From contig CAYPRX010000037.1 in the NCBI GenBank assembly GCA_964413265.1, positions 140,220 through 204,219 of the forward strand: a stretch of DNA of 64,000 nucleotides, written 5' to 3'. Positions within the stretch are counted from its first letter, which is position 1. Each line of letters begins with the position of its first letter. This document shows, piece by piece, positions 55,817 through 64,000 of the stretch. The notes beneath the pieces are model-generated. The model did not search any database and had not been told where the DNA came from. It was given only the letters and a program-made list of their open reading frames with translations. Position numbers and translations under genes: made by a program. The stretch comes from an uncultured Brevinematales bacterium. Lineage in GTDB: Bacteria; Spirochaetota; Brevinematia; Brevinematales; JAOACQ01.

Positions 55817-56800
55817 ATGAAAAAGAAACCAGCCATATACTGTATGATATTTTTATTCTTTTGTATGACTAATGCGAGTGCGGTGATAACCAGAACTCTT
55901 ATTGATTTCTCTAAATATGATGAAAATGTGAAGGCGCAATTCCCTGAGCCGGAGGAAAGTTATATAACAAATGTCGACGGTTTTCCAAAGGTTGTTGTAG
56001 GGTATAGAGATTATATGCTCGAAAACTGGAGGGTAGAATTGAACGAGTCTGCCGATATGATAAATAACAGGATAAACAGTTTTTGTAAACCGGTGATGAG
56101 CCAGCGTTTCAGCACTACCCTTGGCGTCAGGGTACATTTCCCTGGCTGGAATAACAACAGTTATGCTGTAATAAAACCGCCTTTCTTCATTAAAATCTAC
56201 GATACAAACGGTCAGTTCGCGAATGCTGAAAACGGTGTTATGCCCAACGTAGCGGAAATCAAAAGCCTCTCAATATGGGTAAACGGCAGGAATTACCGTG
56301 TCGGGATTGCAATACGTCTAAAGGACCGATTTGAAAATATACATGAGTTCTTCTTCGGCTGGCTTTACTTTGACGGATGGAGAAAGCTCATCTACACAAA
56401 TCCGAATTTCACGGAAAGGATTTCATCCAAGACACTTTCCAGGGAACCTCTTTATCCGTTCGATATTCCTTACTATTCGCTTGATTCGATAGTTGTATAC
56501 CGTCCTGCTGGCCAGCTCGGAGGGGATTTTGTTACTTATATAAAATCGGTTGAAATGGAATATACGCCTTATATAGTTGATAGTGAAGTCACTCAGGATA
56601 TCAAAGACGAGCAGGTGTGGGGAATAATAACTGCCAGAACCAAAAAAAGGATGGATATAGAGAACATGAAATTCACGGAAGATCTTTACCTGTACCAGCA
56701 GGAAAAGAAGAGAATGCAAATAAGCAACTTGTCTAATGCGATCAACCATGTTGCGACTAATGCATCCTCATCCTCGTCTGCGGCATCGACCAATAAATAG
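55817..56800 (+). CDS. flaA: flagellar filament outer layer (sheath) protein FlaA
   Basis: 327 aa with a signal peptide. The pattern LIDFSKY...W.VELNES...LGVRVHFPGWNNNSYAVIKPPFFIKIY matches the spirochaete FlaA sheath proteins I recall. Confidence 0.85.
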   Translation: MKKKPAIYCMIFLFFCMTNASAVITRTLIDFSKYDENVKAQFPEPEESYITNVDGFPKVVVGYRDYMLENWRVELNESADMINNRINSFCKPVMSQRFSTTLGVRVHFPGWNNNSYAVIKPPFFIKIYDTNGQFANAENGVMPNVAEIKSLSIWVNGRNYRVGIAIRLKDRFENIHEFFFGWLYFDGWRKLIYTNPNFTERISSKTLSREPLYPFDIPYYSLDSIVVYRPAGQLGGDFVTYIKSVEMEYTPYIVDSEVTQDIKDEQVWGIITARTKKRMDIENMKFTEDLYLYQQEKKRMQISNLSNAINHVATNASSSSSAASTNK

Positions 56801-56824
56801 ATTTCTGAATTGAACATAAAAAGG

Positions 56825-56857
56825 CCCCGCTTCAAGATCAGGAGTGGGGTTTTTTTA
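56825..56857 (+). terminator. rho-independent terminator after flaA
   Basis: Stem CCCCGCT (56825-56831) pairs with AGTGGGG (56843-56849), including one G-U pair. The loop is 11 nt and is followed by T8. Confidence 0.65.
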
Positions 56858-56962
56858 AGCCTAACCAATGCTGACACAATCTGTAAAGACTTTTCTTGAT
56901 TATACATTGTGACGGGATTATAATCTTGGGCGGATAAAAGTGTTATCGGCAAGGAAAAGTCG

Positions 56963-58711
56963 ATGAAATGGCTGCAATTAAGGTATATTTTACTTTTATT
57001 ATTGGTGCCGCTGTCTGCTGCGGCATTTTCCGGTGATCCGGCAGCCGTGAGGGGCGGTACGCTGACTATCAATAAGCAGGAATTTCCCAAATCTTTCAAT
57101 TTATATATAAATCCCTCCGTCGATGCATCCGATGTTTTCAACCTGGTCTACGATACCCTTCTCGATATAGACCCCGATACCCTTGAATTCGAACCCCTCA
57201 TCGCCAGATCATGGACAATATCGGCGGATAAAAAAACATTCATTTTTAAAATTGATAAAGGGGCCAGGTGGTCGGACGGAATGCCCATAACCGCCTTTGA
57301 TGTCAAATTTACCTACGATGTCATCATGAATACAAACAATATGACATCAGTCCAGAGGATTTTTTTTTCAAGGTTTGAAGAACCCATCGTGCTTGATGAT
57401 TACACAATCAAATTCAGGGTAAAATTCGTACATTATCTTAATTTTTCAAACCTTGCCGGACTGAATATCCTGCCGAGACATATTTTTGAGGGTAAAGACT
57501 TTAACAAGAGCTTCAACATGGTTCTGCCCTGTTCAAGCGGCCCGTATGAGCTTACTGAAGTAAAAGAGGGCCGTTTCTATATTTTATCAAAGTCTGCTAA
57601 TTATTGGGCTGAAAATCTGCCCAGCAGGGTCCATATGTTCAATTTCGACAAGATTGAATATAAAATCATCAGGGATAATAATATCTCTTTTGAAGCATTC
57701 AAGCGTGGCGATTTCGATGTTTATACGAGTACAGGACCAAACCAGATCACACCAAAGAGATGGTTTACAGAGACAGACGGTGAGATATTTCAAAAAAACT
57801 GGGTCATAAAGCAGAAAATTTATAGCCATTTTATCAGGGGATTCAGGGGACTTGCGCTCAATATGAGAAGGCCTCTTTTCGCCGATTTAAGGGTGAGGAC
57901 AGCCCTCTCTATGCTTCTGGACAGGGAGACGATTATAGATAAGATTCTTTACGGGTTTGAGAAACCAATCAATTCATACTGGCCCAGCATTAGTGATAAT
58001 TACCCCATCCCTTATGACCCCGCCAAAGCGGAAGAACTTCTTACCCTGGCAGGTTATGACAGACTGGACAGGGATGGCTACCTAATAAATAAAAGGGGGT
58101 CAAGGCTCGAATTCACAATACTTTCCAGGCAGGACGATGAAACGGTAAAATATCTGACTCTTTATGTCCAATCCTGCAGGAAGGCGGGGGTAAAAGTCAA
58201 TCTTGAGCTCACCTCATGGTCAAGCCTGCTTAAAAAAGCGGATGATTATAATTTTGATGCTGTCAATATAGGCTGGCAGAGCTCTATATTCGACGATCCG
58301 GAACAGCTCTGGCACTCAAGACATATAGTGGACGTGGCCGGAAACAATCTTCCTGGCTATAAAAATTCCAGGGTGGATGCTCTCATTGATTCTCTTGCCG
58401 GAATTTTCAGCGTCCGGGTCAGGAATTCCGTAATAGCACAAATAGACAAAATAATTTATCCTGAATCTCCGTATATATTGTTCTGGGATTACGATTTTTA
58501 TCCGCTTTTTTATAAAAACGAGTTCGGAAAGCCGAAAACCGTCGTTTCCAGAATCGGGAAATTTTATTACTATAATATTGACATACAGATAATAAGCTAC
58601 TGGTGGTACGATCCAGTGAAAGTGAGAACTCTTAAGGATGCCGAAAAAATGGGTAAAGCTCTGCCACCTGAACCTCTTTTGGTCCGGTACGACGAACTGG
58701 CGAAAAAATAA
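56963..58711 (+). CDS. ABC transporter substrate-binding protein, family 5 (peptide/YejA-like), copy 1
   Basis: 582 aa with a signal peptide. Paralogous to the next gene along its full length. Confidence 0.85.
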   Translation: MKWLQLRYILLLLLVPLSAAAFSGDPAAVRGGTLTINKQEFPKSFNLYINPSVDASDVFNLVYDTLLDIDPDTLEFEPLIARSWTISADKKTFIFKIDKGARWSDGMPITAFDVKFTYDVIMNTNNMTSVQRIFFSRFEEPIVLDDYTIKFRVKFVHYLNFSNLAGLNILPRHIFEGKDFNKSFNMVLPCSSGPYELTEVKEGRFYILSKSANYWAENLPSRVHMFNFDKIEYKIIRDNNISFEAFKRGDFDVYTSTGPNQITPKRWFTETDGEIFQKNWVIKQKIYSHFIRGFRGLALNMRRPLFADLRVRTALSMLLDRETIIDKILYGFEKPINSYWPSISDNYPIPYDPAKAEELLTLAGYDRLDRDGYLINKRGSRLEFTILSRQDDETVKYLTLYVQSCRKAGVKVNLELTSWSSLLKKADDYNFDAVNIGWQSSIFDDPEQLWHSRHIVDVAGNNLPGYKNSRVDALIDSLAGIFSVRVRNSVIAQIDKIIYPESPYILFWDYDFYPLFYKNEFGKPKTVVSRIGKFYYYNIDIQIISYWWYDPVKVRTLKDAEKMGKALPPEPLLVRYDELAKK

Positions 58712-58733
58712 AATTTTATCGGAGGAGTGTATT

Positions 58734-60443
58734 GTGAAATACATTTTGATTTCGGTAATAACCCTTTTCATTGGAGTCTTTTTGTGGAGCGAACCGGTGG
58801 CTGTTAGGGGCGGTGTTCTGACACTGAACACACCCGAATTTCCATCCTCGTTCAACTCATTTATCAATAATGAAATTGACGTCGATCTGGTCACATCGCT
58901 GGTTTATGATTCCCTTCTGAATATAAATCCAAATACCCTTGAATTTGAGCCGCTTATAGCCAGTTCCTGGCAGGTTTCTACGGATAAAAAATCCTTTACT
59001 TTTATTATAGACCCAAGGGCCAGGTGGTCGGATGGTTTTCCGATAACCCCGGAAGATGTGAGTTTCACATATGATACGATCATGGACAGCAATAATCTTA
59101 CTTCAGTCTTAAGGCTCTTCTTCGACCGCTTTGAAAAGCCTGTAATTACAGGTAAAGACAAGATTCAATTCATAGCAAAAACCGTCAATTACAATAATTT
59201 TGTAACACTTGCCGGAATGAATATACTGCCTAAGCATCTTTATCAGGGTAAGGATTTTAACAAAAGCTTCAACATGGAGCTTCCGGGTTCAAGCGGTCCT
59301 TATGCCCTCACTGAAGTAAGGGACGGCAGGAGCTATGTCCTTACCAGAAGAAAAGATTACTGGGCTGATATTCTGCCCAATCGTGCCCATATGTTTAATT
59401 TTGACAGAATAATATTCAAGGTTATCCGTGAAACTGATGTTGCTTTCGAGGCATTTAAAAAGGGAGATTTCGATGTCTTTCCTGCTACACCATGGCGCTG
59501 GGTCAATCAGACAGACTCCGAGAAATTCAAAAAGAACTGGATAGTAAAGCAGAAGATACATAACCATACTCCGATGGGTTTCGTTGGTCTTGCCCTTAAC
59601 ATGAGAAGACCTATTTTTAAAGATATCAGGGTCAGGAAGGCCCTCTTCATGCTTCTGGATAGAAAAACAATTATCGATAAGCTGCGTTTCGGAATGGATG
59701 TCCCATTGAATTCTTATTTTCCTAATTTGAACGATAACGCTTTCTTGCCGTATAACCCTGAAGGTGCAAAGAAACTTTTAAGGCATGCAGGATACGACAA
59801 GCTTGACAGGGAAGGTTATCTCGTCAATGCCGAGGGGAAAAGACTTGAGTTTTCAATACTCTCGGTGATAAATAACGATGCTGAAAAATATCTTACCGTT
59901 TATGCACAATCCTGTAAGGAAGCAGGGGTCAAGGTTGATCTAGACCTTACGTCAATAGCCACCCTGACAAAGAATGTGAACGAATATAATTTTGACGCAG
60001 TGAGGATGGGTTTCACGGGTTCTCTGTTTGAAGATCCTGAACAGCTCTGGCATTCCAGGCATGCGGACGAATTAAACGGGAATAATTTTCCCGGCTATAA
60101 AAACCCCGAAGTTGACGCTCTTATCGATTCACTTCCTCCCATCTTTAATGCAGCTGAAAGGAACAAGGTGATCCGCAGAATCGATTCAATAATATATTCG
60201 GATGTTCCGTACATTCTTTTCTGGTGGCACAATTATTACATGGTGTTTTATAAAAACGTTTTCGGTTATCCCAAGACCTGTGTATCGAAATACGGTTCAT
60301 TTGATGTTGAAAGCGAGATAATCAGTTACTGGTGGTATGATCCGGCAAAGCAGAAAAAACTTCAGGATGCCCAGAGAAGCGGGGGACCCCTTCCTTCGGA
60401 ACCTGTCGATATTTATTACGACAAGCTCTCCAGCGGCAAATAG
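58734..60443 (+). CDS. ABC transporter substrate-binding protein, family 5 (peptide/YejA-like), copy 2
   Basis: Start taken at GTG 58734 (SD GGAGGAG 6 nt upstream; VKYILISVITLFIGVFLW signal peptide). The track's longer form would overlap copy 1. Confidence 0.85.
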   Translation: MKYILISVITLFIGVFLWSEPVAVRGGVLTLNTPEFPSSFNSFINNEIDVDLVTSLVYDSLLNINPNTLEFEPLIASSWQVSTDKKSFTFIIDPRARWSDGFPITPEDVSFTYDTIMDSNNLTSVLRLFFDRFEKPVITGKDKIQFIAKTVNYNNFVTLAGMNILPKHLYQGKDFNKSFNMELPGSSGPYALTEVRDGRSYVLTRRKDYWADILPNRAHMFNFDRIIFKVIRETDVAFEAFKKGDFDVFPATPWRWVNQTDSEKFKKNWIVKQKIHNHTPMGFVGLALNMRRPIFKDIRVRKALFMLLDRKTIIDKLRFGMDVPLNSYFPNLNDNAFLPYNPEGAKKLLRHAGYDKLDREGYLVNAEGKRLEFSILSVINNDAEKYLTVYAQSCKEAGVKVDLDLTSIATLTKNVNEYNFDAVRMGFTGSLFEDPEQLWHSRHADELNGNNFPGYKNPEVDALIDSLPPIFNAAERNKVIRRIDSIIYSDVPYILFWWHNYYMVFYKNVFGYPKTCVSKYGSFDVESEIISYWWYDPAKQKKLQDAQRSGGPLPSEPVDIYYDKLSSGK

Positions 60444-60451
60444 GGGGTGCG

Positions 60452-61480
60452 ATGGGTCCATATTTTCTTAAAAGGTTTATCCTGATCTTTCCTACCCTCT
60501 TTGGAATAACTATTGCCTGTTTTTTGATTATGCAGGCAGTTCCGGGTGGACCAATAGAACAGGCGCTTGAAAAGATTAAAAAAGCTCAGCAGGAATCCGG
60601 TCAGGGCGGATTGCAGTCTTCTATGACGGCGGAGGAACTTGAAAATATCAAGCGATATTACGGTTTTGATAAACCGGTTCTGGTTCGGTATTTTACATGG
60701 CTGGGTAAACTCGTTCAGTTTGATCTGGGCGTATCATATACATACGAGAAACCGGTAAGTGATGTGATTTTCAGCCGACTTCCTGTATCACTTACGTTCG
60801 GTATTACCAGCCTTCTCCTCACTTATCTTATATGTATACCACTGGGGATAAAAAAGGCGCTCTCCAACAGGCAGACATTCGATCAGGTTTCAAGCGTTCT
60901 CATTTTTACAGGGTATTCCATTCCTCCTTTCGTGCTGGGAGTAATTCTCATCGTATTATTCGGAGGAGGCAGCTTCCTAAATTTATTTCCAATAAGTGGT
61001 TTTGTATCGGATAATTTTGATCAGCTGGCGTTTTTCAGCAAAATCTGGGATGTAGTCTCTCATATGTTTTTGCCTGTAGTTTGCTATACTATAGGGAATT
61101 TCGCTGCGCTATCCCTGCTTATGAAAAATTCAATGATGGAGCAGTTAAGCCAGGATTATATGAGGACAGCTCTGGCAAAGGGCCTTTCGTACAAACAGGC
61201 AGTATTGCGCCATGCCCTTCAGAATTCGCTGATTCCTATAGCTACTAATATCGGCACTATTATAGGAGTGGTGCTGTCAGGGTCCATATTCATAGAGACG
61301 ATCTTCACAATAGACGGGATGGGGCTTCTAGGGTATGAATCCATAGTCAACAGGGATTATCCGGTCGCTCTGGGGATAATTGTAATATCCAGCCTTCTCT
61401 TCCTCGTAGGCAGGATAATATCGGATTTCTGCATAGTTGTCGTGGATCCCAGGATAAGATTAGGGGGGAGGTCCGTATGA
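60452..61480 (+). CDS. peptide ABC transporter permease (YejB/OppB-like)
   Basis: 342 aa, 6 TM. N-terminal YFLKRFILIFPTLFGITIACFLIMQAVPGGP. EAA-like region DYMRTALAKGLSYKQAVLRHALQN. Confidence 0.9.
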   Translation: MGPYFLKRFILIFPTLFGITIACFLIMQAVPGGPIEQALEKIKKAQQESGQGGLQSSMTAEELENIKRYYGFDKPVLVRYFTWLGKLVQFDLGVSYTYEKPVSDVIFSRLPVSLTFGITSLLLTYLICIPLGIKKALSNRQTFDQVSSVLIFTGYSIPPFVLGVILIVLFGGGSFLNLFPISGFVSDNFDQLAFFSKIWDVVSHMFLPVVCYTIGNFAALSLLMKNSMMEQLSQDYMRTALAKGLSYKQAVLRHALQNSLIPIATNIGTIIGVVLSGSIFIETIFTIDGMGLLGYESIVNRDYPVALGIIVISSLLFLVGRIISDFCIVVVDPRIRLGGRSV

Positions 61481-62514
61481 AAATATCCCCCATTACAAAA
61501 AAAAGGCTTCTTAATTTTATGAAAATGAAGAGGGCTTATTATTCATTTCTTGTGCTCGCGGTCCTCTTTATAATATCGCTTTTTGCAGATTTCATTGCCA
61601 ATGATCAGCCCATAGTAGTTTTTTATAAGGGGAAGTTATTTTTCCCTGTGCTGAGATTTTATTCCGGAGATAATTTCGGGTTGAGAGCAACGGATGTGCC
61701 TAATTATAAAGAAATAAATTCTAGTCCTGCCTTCAGGGAAGATGGACGTAACTTCATAATCTTTCCAATTATTCCATATGGTTTTAACGAATCCCTGCTT
61801 ACTCTGCCGGGCAACCCGCCGACGCCTCCAACCTTGCAAAACCTTCTCGGAACTGATGACCGTGGAAGGGATATCCTGACACGACTTCTGTACGGCTTCA
61901 GGATCAGTTTCAGTTTCGCCCTGCTGATCACTTTCTCCAGCATGGCGCTTGGAACTATAATTGGTGCGATACAGGGGTTTTACGGCGGAGTTTTTGACCT
62001 TTTAATGCAGAGGCTTATAGAAATAATATCGGCTCTGCCATTCCTTTACATTGTCATTATTCTAGGTAGCTCTCTCGGCCAGAGTTTTGTCATCCTGCTG
62101 ATAGTGTTCACAATTTTTGAGTGGATTGACATCTCATATTACCTGAGATCCGAGTTTTACAAATTGAGGGAAATGCCGTTCGTTGAGGCTTCTAAAGCCC
62201 TCGGCGCGGGCAACTTTTATATAATGTTCAGGCATATTTTGCCAAACGCAATGACGCCAATTGTCACTTTTTTCCCATTTACTCTGATAGGTGCGATTTT
62301 TTCACTTTCAGCACTGGATTTTCTTGGATTCGGTCTTCCTGCCCCTACCCCCAGCATCGGGGAGCTCCTTCACCAGGGATTGGGCAATATTTTTTCTTAC
62401 TGGCTGTCATTATTTCCGGCCGCATTTTTGTTTTTTATACTTCTCCTTACAGCTTTTGTCGGAGAAGGGGTAAGGGATGCCTTTGATCCCAGGGAATATT
62501 TCAAACTTAAGTAA
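61477..62514 (+). CDS. peptide ABC transporter permease (YejE/OppC-like)
   Basis: 345 aa. 4-nt overlap with the preceding permease gene. LGTDDRGRDILTRLLYG and FVEASKALGAGNFYIMFRHILPN. Confidence 0.9.
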   Translation: MKISPITKKRLLNFMKMKRAYYSFLVLAVLFIISLFADFIANDQPIVVFYKGKLFFPVLRFYSGDNFGLRATDVPNYKEINSSPAFREDGRNFIIFPIIPYGFNESLLTLPGNPPTPPTLQNLLGTDDRGRDILTRLLYGFRISFSFALLITFSSMALGTIIGAIQGFYGGVFDLLMQRLIEIISALPFLYIVIILGSSLGQSFVILLIVFTIFEWIDISYYLRSEFYKLREMPFVEASKALGAGNFYIMFRHILPNAMTPIVTFFPFTLIGAIFSLSALDFLGFGLPAPTPSIGELLHQGLGNIFSYWLSLFPAAFLFFILLLTAFVGEGVRDAFDPREYFKLK

Positions 62515-62532
62515 TAATTACGGCGGTTATTT

Positions 62533-63501
62533 ATGGTTGTTAATTTACTTGATATAAAAAATATTTCTGTTGATTTCAATACCGGCCAGGAACCTGTCAG
62601 GGTAGTAAACGATCTGTCGCTCTCAATAAAGAAGGGTGAAGTCCTGGGACTTGTAGGAGAATCGGGATGCGGTAAGAGCACCACAGCCCTTTCTATACTA
62701 AGGCTGATTCCTTCTCCCCCGGGAAGTATTTCAGGTGAGGGTATTTTCTGGAAGGGGATGAATCTGCTCGGGCTTACGATTGAAGAGATGCTTGATATAA
62801 GAGGCAAGCAAATAAGCATGATCTTCCAGGAACCGCTTTCAAGCTTTAACCCTGTCCTTAAGGTTGGAAGACAGGTTGAGGAGGTTCTGTTGATACATGA
62901 AAAATCCGGAAGCAGCAGTACTCAAAACCATAAAATAATATCGGAGATGTTCGATCATGTCGGCCTTAAAAATCCAGAGAACATTATCGAGGCTTTTCCG
63001 CATGAGTTGTCGGGAGGAATGAGGCAGAGGGCCATGATTGCAATGGCTTTGATACTTTCACCGGAACTGCTGATAGCAGACGAACCGACCACGGCTCTCG
63101 ATGTAACAATCCAGGCACAGATCCTTGATCTTCTTAAGAACCTTCAGGAGGAATCAGGGATGTCTATGCTTCTTATCACTCATAATCTTGGCATTGTTGC
63201 GCAGACTTGCGGACGGGTTGCAGTCATGTATGCCGGGAAGATCATTGAAAACTCCCCTGTAAACGGACTTTTTGAAAAACCACTTCATCCATATGCTATG
63301 GGACTTATTAAATCTGTACCTAATCCTTCAGTCAAAGGGAGGTTATATGCCATACCCGGAAATATCCCTGATCCCAACCGCCTGCCGGAGGGATGTACAT
63401 TTCATCCGCGTTGTCCCTATGTAATGCAGATCTGCAGGGAAAAATTTCCTGAAACCAAGGAAGTAGAGCAGGGCCGTACAACGGCATGCTGGCTGTATTA
63501 G
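62533..63501 (+). CDS. peptide ABC transporter ATP-binding protein (OppD-like)
   Basis: Walker [10 protein letters not shown], signature [15 protein letters not shown], Walker [13 protein letters not shown]-terminal Cys-rich oligopeptide-ATPase tail: [15 protein letters not shown]. Confidence 0.9.
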   Translation: MVVNLLDIKNISVDFNTGQEPVRVVNDLSLSIKKGEVLGLVGESGCGKSTTALSILRLIPSPPGSISGEGIFWKGMNLLGLTIEEMLDIRGKQISMIFQEPLSSFNPVLKVGRQVEEVLLIHEKSGSSSTQNHKIISEMFDHVGLKNPENIIEAFPHELSGGMRQRAMIAMALILSPELLIADEPTTALDVTIQAQILDLLKNLQEESGMSMLLITHNLGIVAQTCGRVAVMYAGKIIENSPVNGLFEKPLHPYAMGLIKSVPNPSVKGRLYAIPGNIPDPNRLPEGCTFHPRCPYVMQICREKFPETKEVEQGRTTACWLY

Positions 63502-63511
63502 GAGGGCGGTC

Positions 63512-64000
63512 ATGAAAAGAATAATCGAGGTTAAAAATCTGAAAAAGTATTTCAAGATCAGGTCCGGTAAAACAGAATACTCAAACAGGTATGTAGCCGC
63601 TGTGGACGATGTCTCTTTTTCTATAGAAAGGGGGGAAACCCTCGGTCTGGTCGGCGAATCCGGCTGCGGTAAGACGACAATCTCAAGGTGCATATTAAGA
63701 CTTTTGGAAGCGAGCTCGGGCAGCGTATTTTTCGAGGGAAGGGAAATTTTTGGCTTAAGAGCCACTGAAATGAGGGAAATACGAAGGAATATGCAGATCA
63801 TTTTTCAGGATCCGTATTCCTCGCTTAATCCTAGAAGCGTGATACTTGACATAGTCGGTGAAGGGCTTTCCATTCATAAAATGGTAAAAACCAGAACGGA
63901 GATGGCAGAGAGAGTGAGCGAATTAGTTAAAAAAGTTGGGCTCCAGCCTGATATAATCTACAGGTATCCGCATGAATTTTCAGGAGGGCAGAGGCAGAGA
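63512..64000 (+). CDS. peptide ABC transporter ATP-binding protein (OppF-like), 5' part; continues beyond the window
   Basis: Not in the track because it is open at the window edge. ATG at 63512 after [22 protein letters not shown]..., Walker [10 protein letters not shown], ending at ...FSGGQRQR (signature) at the window edge. Confidence 0.85.
   Translation, partial: MKRIIEVKNLKKYFKIRSGKTEYSNRYVAAVDDVSFSIERGETLGLVGESGCGKTTISRCILRLLEASSGSVFFEGREIFGLRATEMREIRRNMQIIFQDPYSSLNPRSVILDIVGEGLSIHKMVKTRTEMAERVSELVKKVGLQPDIIYRYPHEFSGGQRQR

Overview
This is a gene-dense, low-GC chromosomal segment. I assign it to a flagellated spirochaete because it carries a FlaA-type flagellar sheath protein (55817..56800) and a flgN-flgK-flgL-fliW-csrA operon (39829..44382). 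I cannot name a genus.

Most of the window is core housekeeping:
- glyQ, purD, purE
- an Mla-like ABC system
- rpsF-ssb-rpsR-(DUF2232-like)-rplI-dnaB
- rsmG, ogt, rlmB-like, tmk, dxr
- def-fmt-(PASTA protein)-rpe

The main finding is a phosphate block at about 21.6-34.1 kb:
- An orphan PhoB/OmpR-type response regulator.
- A PHP-phosphoesterase::GT4-glycosyltransferase fusion, followed by a CBS-PP2C phosphatase, with a convergent sixA.
- A long minus-strand operon: porin-pstS-pstC-pstA-pstB-phoU-(K+/H+ antiporter).
- Two promoters share one architecture that I read directly from the sequence: four TT(A/C)A(C/T)N hexamers at exact 11-bp phase, then 9 nt, then a -10 box. One sits upstream of porin-pstS, as expected. 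The other sits upstream of the PHP::GT4 fusion.
- I therefore propose the fusion as a candidate Pho-regulated, single-polypeptide membrane-lipid remodelling enzyme. This is a hypothesis, not a demonstrated function.

Other notable content:
- A decayed AT-rich islet (36.3-37.4 kb) with a transposase remnant, a truncated secreted protein and small ORFs. It lies next to a HisKA_2 kinase + radical SAM pair.
- A DHp-only histidine-kinase fragment in a flgJ-like operon.
- A 73-aa protein translationally coupled to csrA, followed by a bactofilin.
- An asymmetric heterodimeric ABC exporter next to an MFS remnant.
- A Yej/Opp-type peptide ABC importer with tandemly duplicated binding proteins.

I saw no rRNA genes, tRNA genes or CRISPR arrays. 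All calls rest on reading the supplied translations and the DNA by eye; no database search was run.
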